From positions 160,001-224,000 of the forward strand of contig CAXXVD010000001.1 of the NCBI GenBank assembly GCA_963662335.2: 64,000 bases of DNA. Direction: 5' to 3'. The position numbers were made by a program, and so were the translations under genes. Position 1 is the first letter of the stretch. Each line of letters opens with the position of its first letter. Shown here piece by piece: positions 1 through 9,238 of the stretch. Under the pieces are notes generated by a model, which did not search any database, had not been told where the DNA came from, and was given only the letters and a program-made list of their open reading frames with translations. The DNA is from Chloroflexota bacterium (GTDB taxonomy: Bacteria > Chloroflexota > UBA11872 > VXOZ01).

Positions 1-106
1 AGTGAGGAAAGTACACCGAAGCGGCCGGCGGTGTAAGCGGACGGCCAAGATGGTACCCTGCTATAGAATCATTACCACGTATCTAAGCGGCAAGGAGTAG
101 GACGGA

Positions 107-1264
107 ATGTCAGCAGCGCCAAAGATTACGCGCATCACGGTCACGCACTACGCGCACGAGATTCAGAACCTGACGCTGGAAGACACGTACGGCTTCGACA
201 TGGTCTACCAGGAGGGCGCGCGCCTGGGCGGCGGCGGCGGCATCTTGACCATCGAGACCGACGCCGGTGTGAACGGCGTCGTGCCCGGCGGCATCGACGC
301 CCGCACCGCCCACTACCTGCTGGGCCGCAACCCGCTGGAACGGGAAATCATCTGGCAAGACCTCAAGCGGCTCAATCGCGGCAACACCTCCACGCCCCCC
401 GGCGACCATGACGTGGCGCTGTGGGACATTGCCGGCAAGATGGCCGGTGTGCCGATCGCGGCGTTGCTCGGCGGCTGGCGCGCGCGCCTGCCTTGCTACG
501 CCAGCACCTACCACGGCGACGAAAACGGCGGCCTGAGCACGCCGGAAGATTATGGCGAGTTCGCCTTGCGCTGCAAGGAGGAGTACGGCTATCCGGCTTT
601 CAAGATCCACGGCTGGATTGGCGCACCGATCGCGCGGGAGGTGGCGGCGGTGCTGGCTATCCGCGACGCCGTGGGCGACGAGATGGACATCATGCTCGAC
701 CCGGCCGGCGCGTTCGGCACGTTCGACGACGTGTTGAAAGTGGGGCGCGCCTGCGACGAGGCAAGATACTTCTGGTATGAGGATGCCTTCCGCGGCGGCG
801 GGGTCTCGCAGTTCGTGCACGCCAAGCTGCGCCAGTTCATCAAGACGCCGCTGCTCATGGGCGAGCACATTCGCGGCCTGGAGACCAAGGCCGACGCCAT
901 CCACGCCGGGGCCGTGGACTACCTGCGCGCCGGCAGCGGGCGCGACGGCGGCATCACCGGCGTGATGAAACTGGCGGTGCTGGCGGAAGCCTACGGCCTG
1001 GACGTGGAACTGCACGGCGGCGGCCTGGCGCACCGCCACTGCATGGCCGCCATCCGCAATACCAACTACTACGAACTCGGCCTGGTGCACCCCAACGTGC
1101 CCCATACCAAAGCGCCCATCTACGCCGATCCGAAGTGGCGCGACGAACTGTATTCAGTTGATTCCGAGGGCTGCGTGGCCGTGCCGGAAGGTCCCGGCCT
1201 GGGCGTGGAGCTTGATTGGGGCTTCATCGAGGCCAATAAGACCGGCGAAACGGTGTACGAATAG
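107..1264 (+). CDS. Mandelate racemase/muconate lactonizing enzyme (enolase superfamily) protein
   Basis: 385 aa ORF with 'DVALWDIAGK', 'FKIH', metal ligands in 'MLDP', 'WYED', 'MGEH', and C-terminal 'GPGLGVELD'; AGGAG upstream. Confidence 0.9.
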   Translation: MSAAPKITRITVTHYAHEIQNLTLEDTYGFDMVYQEGARLGGGGGILTIETDAGVNGVVPGGIDARTAHYLLGRNPLEREIIWQDLKRLNRGNTSTPPGDHDVALWDIAGKMAGVPIAALLGGWRARLPCYASTYHGDENGGLSTPEDYGEFALRCKEEYGYPAFKIHGWIGAPIAREVAAVLAIRDAVGDEMDIMLDPAGAFGTFDDVLKVGRACDEARYFWYEDAFRGGGVSQFVHAKLRQFIKTPLLMGEHIRGLETKADAIHAGAVDYLRAGSGRDGGITGVMKLAVLAEAYGLDVELHGGGLAHRHCMAAIRNTNYYELGLVHPNVPHTKAPIYADPKWRDELYSVDSEGCVAVPEGPGLGVELDWGFIEANKTGETVYE

Positions 1265-1271
1265 GTTGCTC

Positions 1272-1470
1272 GTAGGGGCGATTCGCGAAAGAACACTGCC
1301 GCACAAAGTAGCGCGGGGGCTTGTCCCCCGCCGGAGCTTTTGAAACTGGCACGTAATAGATTGACCCAACAGCTTCGCAGGTTGCAAACCTGCGCTACCG
1401 GGGATTTCGGACGCAAGTCTTGCTGTCGCTTTGCTTAGTGAGACAGCATTGGTTTGCGAACCGCCCCTAC
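1272..1470. repeat. REP-like palindrome (GTAGGGGCG...CGCCCCTAC) interrupted by a ~160 bp MITE-like composite element
   Basis: Outer inverted ends at 1272 and 1462-1470. Inner GTAGCGCGGGGGCTTGTCCCCCGC (1308) and CGCAGGTTGCAAACCTGCGCTAC hairpins, and right end TTAGTGAGACAGCATTG (1435-1451), recur at ~5030-5191 and 25354-25649. Confidence 0.75.
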
Positions 1471-1557
1471 ACGTCCGCCCGCAGACCGCCCCGCTCTATA
1501 CGGCGCGATTGCACGGTGTACGCAGCACAAGCGTTACGATTCCCAAAGGGTACAGGC

Positions 1558-2094
1558 ATGACAGACACGCTTGCCGGTGGCGCTCCCCAAGGCGCTCTGG
1601 GAGAAGCGCGCGGCAGATCCTCCCAAGACGCGGCGGAAGGCACGGCGGCAAACGCTTCCCCGGACGCGCTCGAAGTCTCGCTGCGCATCGCCGCGCCGCC
1701 GGAGCGCGTCTTTCAGCTTCTCACCGATCCGGAGCAAATCGGCCTCTGGTTCGCGCAGGTTGCCGGCATTGAGCCGCGCGCGGGCGGCGCGGTGGAATTC
1801 GTCTTCTTCAATGACAACGGCAGCGTCAGCGTGTTTTCCGGTGAAGTTTCCGAGTTTGTCCCCAATGCCGGCTTCGGCTTCACGTGGCATCACCAGGACT
1901 GGTCTTTCCCGCCGCTCCACGTGCTCTTCAATCTGGAAAGGGCGGGAAACGAGACCGCGCTATGCCTGCGGCAGACCGGCTTTGCCGCCGCGCCTCCTAT
2001 GGAGTACGAGGTACATGAAGAGGGCTGGCGGCGTTACCTGGAGCGCCTGGCGGCGGTCGCCGACGGCACGCGCCCGGCGGGCTGGAACGCCTGA
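1558..2094 (+). CDS. SRPBCC/AHSA1-like (START-fold) domain protein
   Basis: 'IAAPPERVFQLLTDPEQIGLWF', 'GGAVEF', 'HEEGWRRYLERL' are typical of AHSA1; ATG at 1558 chosen. Confidence 0.85.
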   Translation: MTDTLAGGAPQGALGEARGRSSQDAAEGTAANASPDALEVSLRIAAPPERVFQLLTDPEQIGLWFAQVAGIEPRAGGAVEFVFFNDNGSVSVFSGEVSEFVPNAGFGFTWHHQDWSFPPLHVLFNLERAGNETALCLRQTGFAAAPPMEYEVHEEGWRRYLERLAAVADGTRPAGWNA

Positions 2095-2555
2095 TGGACA
2101 AATGGGGGAAACTGGTCGAGGAGCGGCTGCAAGCGGCCTTTGACGCGGGCGCGTTCGCAAACCTGCCCGGCAAGGGCAAGCCGCTCGACTTAGACGAGGA
2201 TCCGTTGGCAGACCCGGCCCACTGGCTGGCGCGCCATATCCTCCGCAATAGCGGCATGAGCCTGCCGTGGGTGGAAGAACGCCGCCGCATCGAGGAGGCC
2301 CTATCCCAGGCCCGCAACCAGTTGGTGCGCTCGTGGTCGGCGCATTCCGCTAACCGCAGTAGCGGGCAGCCGAGCACAGCCAATGAAGCGCACTGGCAGC
2401 GGGCGCTGGCGGACTTTGAAGAAGAGATTGCCGCGCTCAACCGGCGCATCCGGGTCTACAACCTGGCCGTTCCGCACGTGCGCTTCCAGCTTTGCCCCAT
2501 CGAGGTGGGACGTGAGATTTCGCGGCTGCGTCGGGGAAGTGCAAGCCTGCGGTAG
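2094..2555 (+). CDS. DUF1992 (DnaJ-associated) domain protein
   Basis: 'LVEERLQAAFDAGAFANLPGKGKPLDL...HILRNSGMSLPWVE' signature; TGATG overlap with the upstream gene. Confidence 0.85.
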   Translation: MDKWGKLVEERLQAAFDAGAFANLPGKGKPLDLDEDPLADPAHWLARHILRNSGMSLPWVEERRRIEEALSQARNQLVRSWSAHSANRSSGQPSTANEAHWQRALADFEEEIAALNRRIRVYNLAVPHVRFQLCPIEVGREISRLRRGSASLR

Positions 2556-2639
2556 TATCGTCGAACGGCCACCCAAGATGTGCTAAGGTGTGAAGTGCGG
2601 GGATAGCGCACCGATTAATCGTGGATCGCGAGGCGCGAC

Positions 2640-3035
2640 ATGGCTACGCGCGTAAACAACAGAGACCCAAAGGTTGAAGAGCACCTGCGCATCAGCCGCC
2701 AATTCCTGCGCCAGTCTCAGGAAGAACTCAATAGAGGCGACCGTCTCCAAGCGTCAGAAAAAGCCTGGGGTTCCGCCGCGCACGCGGTGAAGGCAGTCGC
2801 ACAGCACAGAGGGTGGCAGCACAACGGGCATCGGTATCTTTTCGAGGCGATAGATAAAATCCGTCTCGAAACTGAAGACCGGGAGTTCCACATCCTCTTC
2901 AAGGCGGCGAACTCGCTACACATGAATTTCTACGAGAATTGGCAGTCCGACTTTTCTATACAAGATGGCATCCAGCAAGTTGAGAAACTGCTGAATAAGC
3001 TGGAATCTCTGGTAGGGGGAGCACCCGGCAAATAG
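2640..3035 (+). CDS. PaREP1-family (HEPN-like) protein, copy 1
   Basis: 'GDRLQASEKAWGSAAHAVKAVA' and 'ANSLHMNFYE' motifs. Confidence 0.8.
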   Translation: MATRVNNRDPKVEEHLRISRQFLRQSQEELNRGDRLQASEKAWGSAAHAVKAVAQHRGWQHNGHRYLFEAIDKIRLETEDREFHILFKAANSLHMNFYENWQSDFSIQDGIQQVEKLLNKLESLVGGAPGK

Positions 3036-3133
3036 ACTGCATCCAGGTGCGTGCACGCGGCGGCGACGGCCGTCTAAGAGTAAAGATTCGCAGCGCGAGC
3101 AAACCCAAACAAGAGCAGAAGGCGAGGCGCATA

Positions 3134-3514
3134 GTGGCTACGCAAGTGGGCGGCAGAGATCGCAAAGTCGAAGAACACCTGCGCATCAGCCGCCAACTCC
3201 TGCGCCAGGCGCAAGCAGAGTTTGATAGCGGCGATCGGCTCCAAGCATCGGAAAAGGCCTGGGGCGCGGCCGCGCACGCCGTGAAGGCCGTTGCGCAGCA
3301 CAGAGGATGGCAGCACAACGGGCATCGGTTCCTCTTCGAGGCAATAGACAAGATCTATCGCGAAACACGCGACCCGGAGTTGCACGACCTGTTCGGGAGA
3401 GCCAATTCCTTGCATATGAACTTCTACGAGAATTGGCAAACCGATTACTTTGTCCAAGAGGGCATAGAGAGGGTTGGGAAGTTGGTAGACAAGCTGGAAC
3501 CGCTAGTGGAATGA
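3134..3514 (+). CDS. PaREP1-family (HEPN-like) protein, copy 2
   Basis: Close paralog of 2640-3035; GTG at 3134 aligns with the ATG of copy 1 (both preceded by GCGAGGCGC). Confidence 0.8.
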   Translation: MATQVGGRDRKVEEHLRISRQLLRQAQAEFDSGDRLQASEKAWGAAAHAVKAVAQHRGWQHNGHRFLFEAIDKIYRETRDPELHDLFGRANSLHMNFYENWQTDYFVQEGIERVGKLVDKLEPLVE

Positions 3515-3532
3515 CCGACCGCGCGTGAGCGC

Positions 3533-4903
3533 CTAGACCAGCACCCCCGGCAGGGCGTTTGCCACCGCCCGCGTCCCGCGCTCGGTTGCCGCGGCCACGT
3601 CCAGTTCACCGGTATAGAGCGGCTCGATCATGTTTCGCGTCAACAGCGCGCCGATTTCCGTCCAGGGCAGCGTCATCGTGCCCCGCCCGTTGCGCAGCGC
3701 CGCCATCACCACCGGCACGCGCTCTTCCACCTGCGCCAGTTCCGGCCTTTCGCCGGAAGGTTCCTCCACGTGCTTCAGGGCCGGGATCCAGGCCGGCGCC
3801 ATGGAGCGCAGCGCCACGAATGGGGCGAGTGCCTTGAGCGCCTCGTAGGCCAACTCGGTCTGCACCGACTTGCCGTGAATGCCCAGCACGTCCATCACGT
3901 AGAGCGAACTATCGGCGTTTCCGGCGAAGGACGGCGAGTGCTGTATCTTCCAGCCGCGGCCGATGTTCTCGCCGGAGTAAACCATGGCGTGGTGAAAGGC
4001 GGCCTCGCTGCGCGGCGCCAGGCGCGTCATATCGAAGTACGACATTTCCGCGCCGGTCGGCATGATGCCGTGCGTGTGGCCCAGGTCGCGCCAAGATTGC
4101 AACGCGGCGCGCGTTGCATCCGCGGTCAGGTTCAGCCGGCCTTCATCCATGTCCAGCACGCCGCCGCCGGATTGCGCCATCAGGTGCGCCCAGAGCGCGG
4201 CGTGCAGGCCCTCGCCCAGCGCCCACCAGTCGTTCTTGTTGCGCGCGCGCGCCGCCGCCATGAACTGCCGGCCCAGCGCGACCAAGTCGTCCCACGACCA
4301 CCGCTCCGGCGGGGGCGGCAAGTCCGTATCGTCGAAGCGATCGGGGCTCCAGGCCATCACGCCCGCGCCCAGCACCACCGGTACCGCTTGCGTGCGACCG
4401 CCGAAGGTCGTTGCCGCCACCGCTTGCGGCAGAAACTCGTTGAGGAATCCCGGATCGCGCTGCGTAAACTCGTTGAGCGGCCCGAAGAACGGGCTGGCGA
4501 TGCCCGGCAGCGTAAAGATACCGCCGGTGAGCATGGCTATGTCCGCCGGACGACCGGCCGCGGTTTCGGCGTCGATGCCCCGGCGAAAGTACGTCCACGT
4601 CGGCGGAGCGCCGCCGGCCGGCCGGCCGCCGTCTTCGCGCGCCTTGATAATTTGCAGCGAGATGCGGAAGCGCTCACGCGGCCCGGCCGGGTCGATGCCG
4701 CCGTCGTTCCAGGCCTCAATGGCGCGGATCAGGTTGGTGGCGGAGACCAGCGAGATGTTCGGCGCGACCACGTGGACTGTGGGCACGTTGGAGTCGCCGC
4801 CGGGGCGGATTGAGTCTGGCATACTGCTGCCGCAGGCCGCCAGCAACGGCAGCGCGGACAACGAACTCGCCGTATGTAGCAGTCTCCGCCGTGTAATTCG
4901 CAT
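3533..4903 (-). CDS. Extracellular solute-binding protein (family 1), Tat lipoprotein
   Basis: 'MRITRRRLL...LLAAC' twin-arginine signal plus lipobox; 'PPPERWSWDDLVALG', 'HGIMP' SBP features. Confidence 0.75.
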   Translation of the reverse strand: MRITRRRLLHTASSLSALPLLAACGSSMPDSIRPGGDSNVPTVHVVAPNISLVSATNLIRAIEAWNDGGIDPAGPRERFRISLQIIKAREDGGRPAGGAPPTWTYFRRGIDAETAAGRPADIAMLTGGIFTLPGIASPFFGPLNEFTQRDPGFLNEFLPQAVAATTFGGRTQAVPVVLGAGVMAWSPDRFDDTDLPPPPERWSWDDLVALGRQFMAAARARNKNDWWALGEGLHAALWAHLMAQSGGGVLDMDEGRLNLTADATRAALQSWRDLGHTHGIMPTGAEMSYFDMTRLAPRSEAAFHHAMVYSGENIGRGWKIQHSPSFAGNADSSLYVMDVLGIHGKSVQTELAYEALKALAPFVALRSMAPAWIPALKHVEEPSGERPELAQVEERVPVVMAALRNGRGTMTLPWTEIGALLTRNMIEPLYTGELDVAAATERGTRAVANALPGVLV

Positions 4904-5029
4904 GACAATTTCCCGTCTAGATGAGGGAATTCTACGCGCGGCGATCGCTGTGGTCGCTAGGAACTGCCGCACACCGGCTTGGAATTGATAAGCTGCGACA
5001 AGTGCATAAAGGGTTCTTTGCCGCAGCCA

Positions 5030-5240
5030 AGAGCGGGGGACAAGCCCTAATGCTTTCGCATTAAACAGAAAGACAGCAAAACTCGTGTCCGAAATCTCTG
5101 GTAGCGCAGGTTTGTAACCTGCGAAGCTATTAGGTCAATCCTTTGCATGCCACTTTCAATGGCTACGGCGGGGGACAAGCCCCCGCGCTACACAATAGAT
5201 TCCTCGCGCCACAGATTCCTCGCTGCGCTCGGAATGACAT
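5030..5240. repeat. Reverse-oriented copy of the MITE-like composite element joined to a half TGTCATTCCGAGCGCAGCGAGGAATCT-type palindrome
   Basis: GCGGGGGACAAGCCC twice, AATGCTTTCGCATTAA (5049-5064), GTAGCGCAGGTTTGTAACCTGCG (5102), and AGATTCCTCGCTGCGCTCGGAATGACA ending near 5240. Confidence 0.75.
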
Positions 5241-5256
5241 GCACTTTCGGCGCCGC

Positions 5257-6081
5257 CTAGAACTGCACGACCAAGCCGTCGTACGCCGGTTCGATGCCGT
5301 GGGGCGCAAAGAAATCCACGCATTCCAGGTACGGCGGCGTGCGGTTGTGGGAGAAGTGGGTCGCAAAGCGCCGCGCGCCGGGTTGCAGCAGACCATCGCT
5401 CTCGAGCCGCTGGTGGTGTTCCACGCACTGGTCCATTGAGAGATGCTGCTCCCCCGGCGGGCCGATGCCCATCGTGGACTCGATGATCGCGCAATCGAAG
5501 CGGAAGTTCTGGAGCAGGCGCCACGTTTCATCGGGAAACGGTCCGGTGTCGGAAGCGTACAGCAGCGTCCGCCCGCCCTCTTCCAGCGCGAAGAACACCG
5601 GCGTCAACTCTACCGCGTGATTTGCTTGGAAAGCGGTGACCCGATAGCGCCCGGCCTGCCACGAATCACCGGGCCGCACCGTGTTCAGGCGCAGACGAAA
5701 GTCATCCGCCGCCAGTTCGCGCGCGTTGGCCGCCGCCTCGATTGCCTCTATCGTGGGCGGGGAGCCAAAGATGTCCATCTGTGCCGGCGTGGTCGCGCAA
5801 AAGCTCCCCCGCCGCATGTAGAGATTGGCCAGGTGGAAGTGGTCGGCGTGCGCGTGGGTAATGAGCAAGGTGGAAACCGGCCCGAAGTTCGCGCCCGTGC
5901 CGTGCATGCTCGCCGCGAAATCGGGGCCAATGTCTATCAAGAGGTCTTGGTTGACCATCAGCGCCGAACGGCGGCGCAGGTTGCGGCCGCCCCGGGCGCG
6001 TGCCGTCGTGCAGTGCGCGCACTCGCAAAATACCGCAGGATAGCCTTCGGCCGCCGCCGTTCCCAGAAAGAGCGCTCGCAT
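5257..6081 (-). CDS. Metallo-beta-lactamase-fold hydrolase, PhnP-like
   Basis: 'LFLGTAAAEGYPAVFCECAHC', 'ITHAHADH', 'YASDTG', 'THFSHN', 'AYDG'. Confidence 0.88.
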   Translation of the reverse strand: MRALFLGTAAAEGYPAVFCECAHCTTARARGGRNLRRRSALMVNQDLLIDIGPDFAASMHGTGANFGPVSTLLITHAHADHFHLANLYMRRGSFCATTPAQMDIFGSPPTIEAIEAAANARELAADDFRLRLNTVRPGDSWQAGRYRVTAFQANHAVELTPVFFALEEGGRTLLYASDTGPFPDETWRLLQNFRFDCAIIESTMGIGPPGEQHLSMDQCVEHHQRLESDGLLQPGARRFATHFSHNRTPPYLECVDFFAPHGIEPAYDGLVVQF

Positions 6082-6090
6082 AGGTTCACC

Positions 6091-6879
6091 TCACCGGTTC
6101 ATTTCGCGCAGGATGTGCGCCAGTTCGGGTATGAGAATTTCGCTCAGCGCCAGCCGCACCGCGCCGGACGAGCCGGGACAGCAGACTACGAATTTGTTGC
6201 CAATGCGGCCGGCGGTGGCGCGGCTGAGAATGGTGGCGGCGCCGATCTCCTCATAGCTCAGAATGCGGAAGAGTTCGCCAAAGCCCGACAACTCTTTTTC
6301 CAGCAGCGACTGCACGGTCTCCACCGTGATGTCCCGCGTGCCGGGGCCGGTGCCGCCGGTGAGCATCACGAAGCGCGCCCGGCCCGCCAGCATGTGCGTG
6401 AGCGCCTGCGTGATCTGCTGCGCGTCGTTCTTCACCAGCCGGTAGCCCGCAATCTCGTGCCCGGCCTCCCGCAGCATCGACTGGATGAGCGCGCCGGACT
6501 TGTCGTCAAGCTCCGTGCGGGTGTCGCTCACCGTAATTACCGCGCACTCGATGGAGGGAAACTGCCGCGCGCCGGCCTGGCGGTGCTCGTCGGGAGATGA
6601 CGCCGGTGCAGCCTCCCCGTGCCGGTGTTCGTCATGGCCATGCGCGTCGGTCCCGGCCCCATGCTCATGCTCGCCGTGGCCGTGCGCCTCATGCTCTCGC
6701 GCGTGGCCGTGCGCATCGCCGCCCTGCGATGCTGCGTCCTGCGCTCCTGCCCCGTCCGCCTCCGCTTCGTCCGCATCCGCTTCGCACGGCGGCGGCCGGT
6801 GCGGCTGCCGGGCGATTATGGAGCGCCCCTGGTGGTGCTCGTGGTCATGGCCGTGCTCGTGTTTCTGCTCACCGCTCAT
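6091..6879 (-). CDS. moaB: Molybdenum cofactor biosynthesis protein MoaB/Mog family with His-rich N-terminal extension
   Basis: 'VITVSDTR...DDKSG', 'TGGTGPGTRDITVE', 'GFGELFR', 'LSRATAG', 'PGSSGAV'; ATG at 6879 follows GGAAGGA. Confidence 0.85.
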   Translation of the reverse strand: MSGEQKHEHGHDHEHHQGRSIIARQPHRPPPCEADADEAEADGAGAQDAASQGGDAHGHAREHEAHGHGEHEHGAGTDAHGHDEHRHGEAAPASSPDEHRQAGARQFPSIECAVITVSDTRTELDDKSGALIQSMLREAGHEIAGYRLVKNDAQQITQALTHMLAGRARFVMLTGGTGPGTRDITVETVQSLLEKELSGFGELFRILSYEEIGAATILSRATAGRIGNKFVVCCPGSSGAVRLALSEILIPELAHILREMNR

Positions 6880-7021
6880 CTCGCATGTCCTTCCACACAT
6901 TTGGATTTACGTGTCTGGCTTCGTTGTACTAATCGCTGGAGCGCACCACCTATTGTACCGCGTATCACGACCTAAGGGGCTGAAGTGCGGTGCCTTCATC
7001 ACCCTGGCTCCCTCCGTTCCC

Positions 7022-7051
7022 TTGACAGTCCTAAGCGCTTGTGCGTACAAT
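7022..7051 (+). promoter_or_regulatory. Sigma70-type promoter
   Basis: TTGACA (7022-7027), 18 bp spacer, TACAAT (7046-7051), upstream of the ORF at 7107. Confidence 0.6.
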
Positions 7052-7106
7052 CAGGGCGTAGCTAGTGTTGTATCAGCACGTCAACAGCGAACTTGGGATA
7101 TTCGTC

Positions 7107-7301
7107 ATGTCTCGCACGGAAGAGCGACTGGCTCGCGTTGAAGCTGGTTTCGAGCACTTGGCAACGAAAGCCGATATTCAGGCCGTGCTTATTCAGATGG
7201 CAGAAATACGTGGCGAGTTTCGCGGAATCAAGTGGACGCTCATAGCGGCTATTGCGCTCGCCGGCCTCGCAGTCGGCATCTTGGCATTCAGCGCCCGGTA
7301 A
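7107..7301 (+). CDS. Small coiled-coil protein with C-terminal TM helix (DUF1640/CCDC90-like)
   Basis: 'ERLARVE...LATKADI...IKWTLIAAIALAGLAVGIL' pattern; has its own promoter-like motif. Confidence 0.6.
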   Translation: MSRTEERLARVEAGFEHLATKADIQAVLIQMAEIRGEFRGIKWTLIAAIALAGLAVGILAFSAR

Positions 7302-7330
7302 CGCCAATGAGTCGGTGTGCGCCCGTGCTC

Positions 7331-7927
7331 CTACCCACCTAGCCCCTGCAGAAACGGATTGCCTGCGCGCTCCGCGCCGATTGTGGTTGCTTCGCCGTGG
7401 CCCGGCAGCACGCGGGTGGCATCGGGCAGCGGCAGAATCTTTGCGGCGACAGCCTTCAAGAGCGCCTCGCCGTCGCTGTCGGGAAAGTCGCTTCTGCCGA
7501 CCGAACCGGCAAAGAGCGTATCGCCCGCAAAGAGCACGTCCTCCACGAGGAAACACATCCCGCCCGCCGAATGCCCCGGTGTGTGCAGCGTGCGGATCGT
7601 GAGACTGCCCAACGCCAACTCCTCACCGCCGCCCAGGAGCATGTCCGGCACGATTCCCAACTGTTCCTCCAGCAGCGCCGCGTCGTCCTGGTGCAGCACG
7701 AGGGGCGCGCCGAACCGTTCGCGAAAGAGTTCAGCGCAATCCACGTGGTCGTAATGGCGGTGGGTGAGCAGGACGTAGCGCAACCGCAATTGCCGTTCTT
7801 CTACGCGCGCGAGCAAATCGTCGCTGCCAATGCCGGGATCGATGATGGCCGCGTCGTTCCCGTCCACGTCCCACAGCAGGTAGACGTTGTTGAGCAGCGG
7901 CCCCCGCACGAAGGTCTCCACCTTCAT
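7331..7927 (-). CDS. MBL-fold hydrolase, glyoxalase II-like
   Basis: 'IIDPG', 'LLTHRHYDH', 'HTPGHS', 'GDTLFAGSVGRSD', 'PGHG', 'ERAGNPFL'. Confidence 0.9.
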   Translation of the reverse strand: MKVETFVRGPLLNNVYLLWDVDGNDAAIIDPGIGSDDLLARVEERQLRLRYVLLTHRHYDHVDCAELFRERFGAPLVLHQDDAALLEEQLGIVPDMLLGGGEELALGSLTIRTLHTPGHSAGGMCFLVEDVLFAGDTLFAGSVGRSDFPDSDGEALLKAVAAKILPLPDATRVLPGHGEATTIGAERAGNPFLQGLGG

Positions 7928-9078
7928 GAGGCCGGCTCTTTCCCAGCGGCTTCGGCCTTCCCGGCCGGTTCGCCGTCCGCTGACGCAGCCTGCTCCGGCG
8001 CGGACTTGCCGTACGCCTCCGCCAACTGGCCAAACTCGGAACCTGCGGCGGCGCGGCTTGCGCCCACTGGAGCTGCCGGCGGCTCCGGCGACTCAGCCGC
8101 AACTTCAGGCGTCGCCGCTTCTGCGGCAGTCGCCGCGCCATTGCCGTCGCCAGCGCCGGCGGCCTCTGCCGCGCCGTCAGTTGCGGGCGCCGGCTCGGGC
8201 GGCGGTTTGGCAAAGACCAACTCGCACCACGGGTCGCCGGCCGTCAGGTGCGATTCCCACTTCACCTCGGCGGCGCGCTCTTCCAGAAATGCCAGGTCGT
8301 ACGCGCCGCAGGACTGGCAGAGCGCCACGTCGTCGCTCTCGGCAAAGCTGAACGGGCATTGCCGCATCCGCACCCGGTAGTCGCGACCGGTCTCGATGAT
8401 CTGCAGGCTGCCGTTGGGCAGCGCGTTGCGGTGCATGTCCGCCCAGGAGCGCACCAGCGCGGCAATGTCCCCGTCCTGCGCGGCGTTCCGTTCGGCGGCG
8501 CGCGCGCCCAGGTCGCGGTAGATTGCCGCCTGTTCGTTCAGCCATTCGTCGCCCAGCCGCGCCTGCAGGCCGCGCATGAGCCCGGCAAAGAGGTCTTGCT
8601 GCACCGGCGAACCGCCGCCGCCTTGAGCGCCCTGCGGCGTCCACGCCGCGCCGGGTTCACGCGGGCTAGGCCGCGCGGGCGTGGCGGCGGCAACGGCCGG
8701 CGGCGCGGCGGCTTCCGCGCCAATCTGGTCCGGCCGCGTGGCGGCGGCCTCTTTGGCCGTCTGATCGAGGCCCTTCTGTATATCCGCCCCGGCGGTCTTT
8801 ACCTCGCCTTCCACCTCCTCCACGTCCTTCTGCACGTCCTCGGCGGTAGAGCGCACTTCTCCCTGGATTGTGGAGATCTCATTGCGAATGGCGTCGATGT
8901 CGCCCTGCACGTCGCCAAGCTGGTCCTTGAAGGTAGCGATGGCGTCGCGATAGCCGGAACGGAGTTGGCGGATAACCCGGGTGAACTGGCGGATGACGCC
9001 CGGCAGGCGCTCCGGCCCCAGCAGGACCAGGCCCAGCACCAAGATGATCATAAGTTCCGGCAGGCCGATGTCGAACAT
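7924..9078 (-). CDS. tatB: Twin-arginine translocase TatB-like subunit fused to a Cys-rich C-terminal domain
   Basis: 'MFDIGLPELMIILVLGLVLLGPERLP' TatB N-terminus, then amphipathic/coiled region, Ala/Pro linker and 'CPF...CQSC...GDPWC' domain. Confidence 0.75.
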   Translation of the reverse strand: MFDIGLPELMIILVLGLVLLGPERLPGVIRQFTRVIRQLRSGYRDAIATFKDQLGDVQGDIDAIRNEISTIQGEVRSTAEDVQKDVEEVEGEVKTAGADIQKGLDQTAKEAAATRPDQIGAEAAAPPAVAAATPARPSPREPGAAWTPQGAQGGGGSPVQQDLFAGLMRGLQARLGDEWLNEQAAIYRDLGARAAERNAAQDGDIAALVRSWADMHRNALPNGSLQIIETGRDYRVRMRQCPFSFAESDDVALCQSCGAYDLAFLEERAAEVKWESHLTAGDPWCELVFAKPPPEPAPATDGAAEAAGAGDGNGAATAAEAATPEVAAESPEPPAAPVGASRAAAGSEFGQLAEAYGKSAPEQAASADGEPAGKAEAAGKEPAS

Positions 9079-9238
9079 ATCCGCTCTTTCCCTACGGAAG
9101 GCGCGCAAGATTGTTGCGCGGCCCGGTCGACGCCACTTTGCTCTATTCTATCCCGCGCGGCGTGTGGGGGCAAAACTGTACGCCGTTCGCGCCGCACAGT
9201 ATCATGTGCTGAGAGCAAACGAGGAGGGAGTTTGACCG

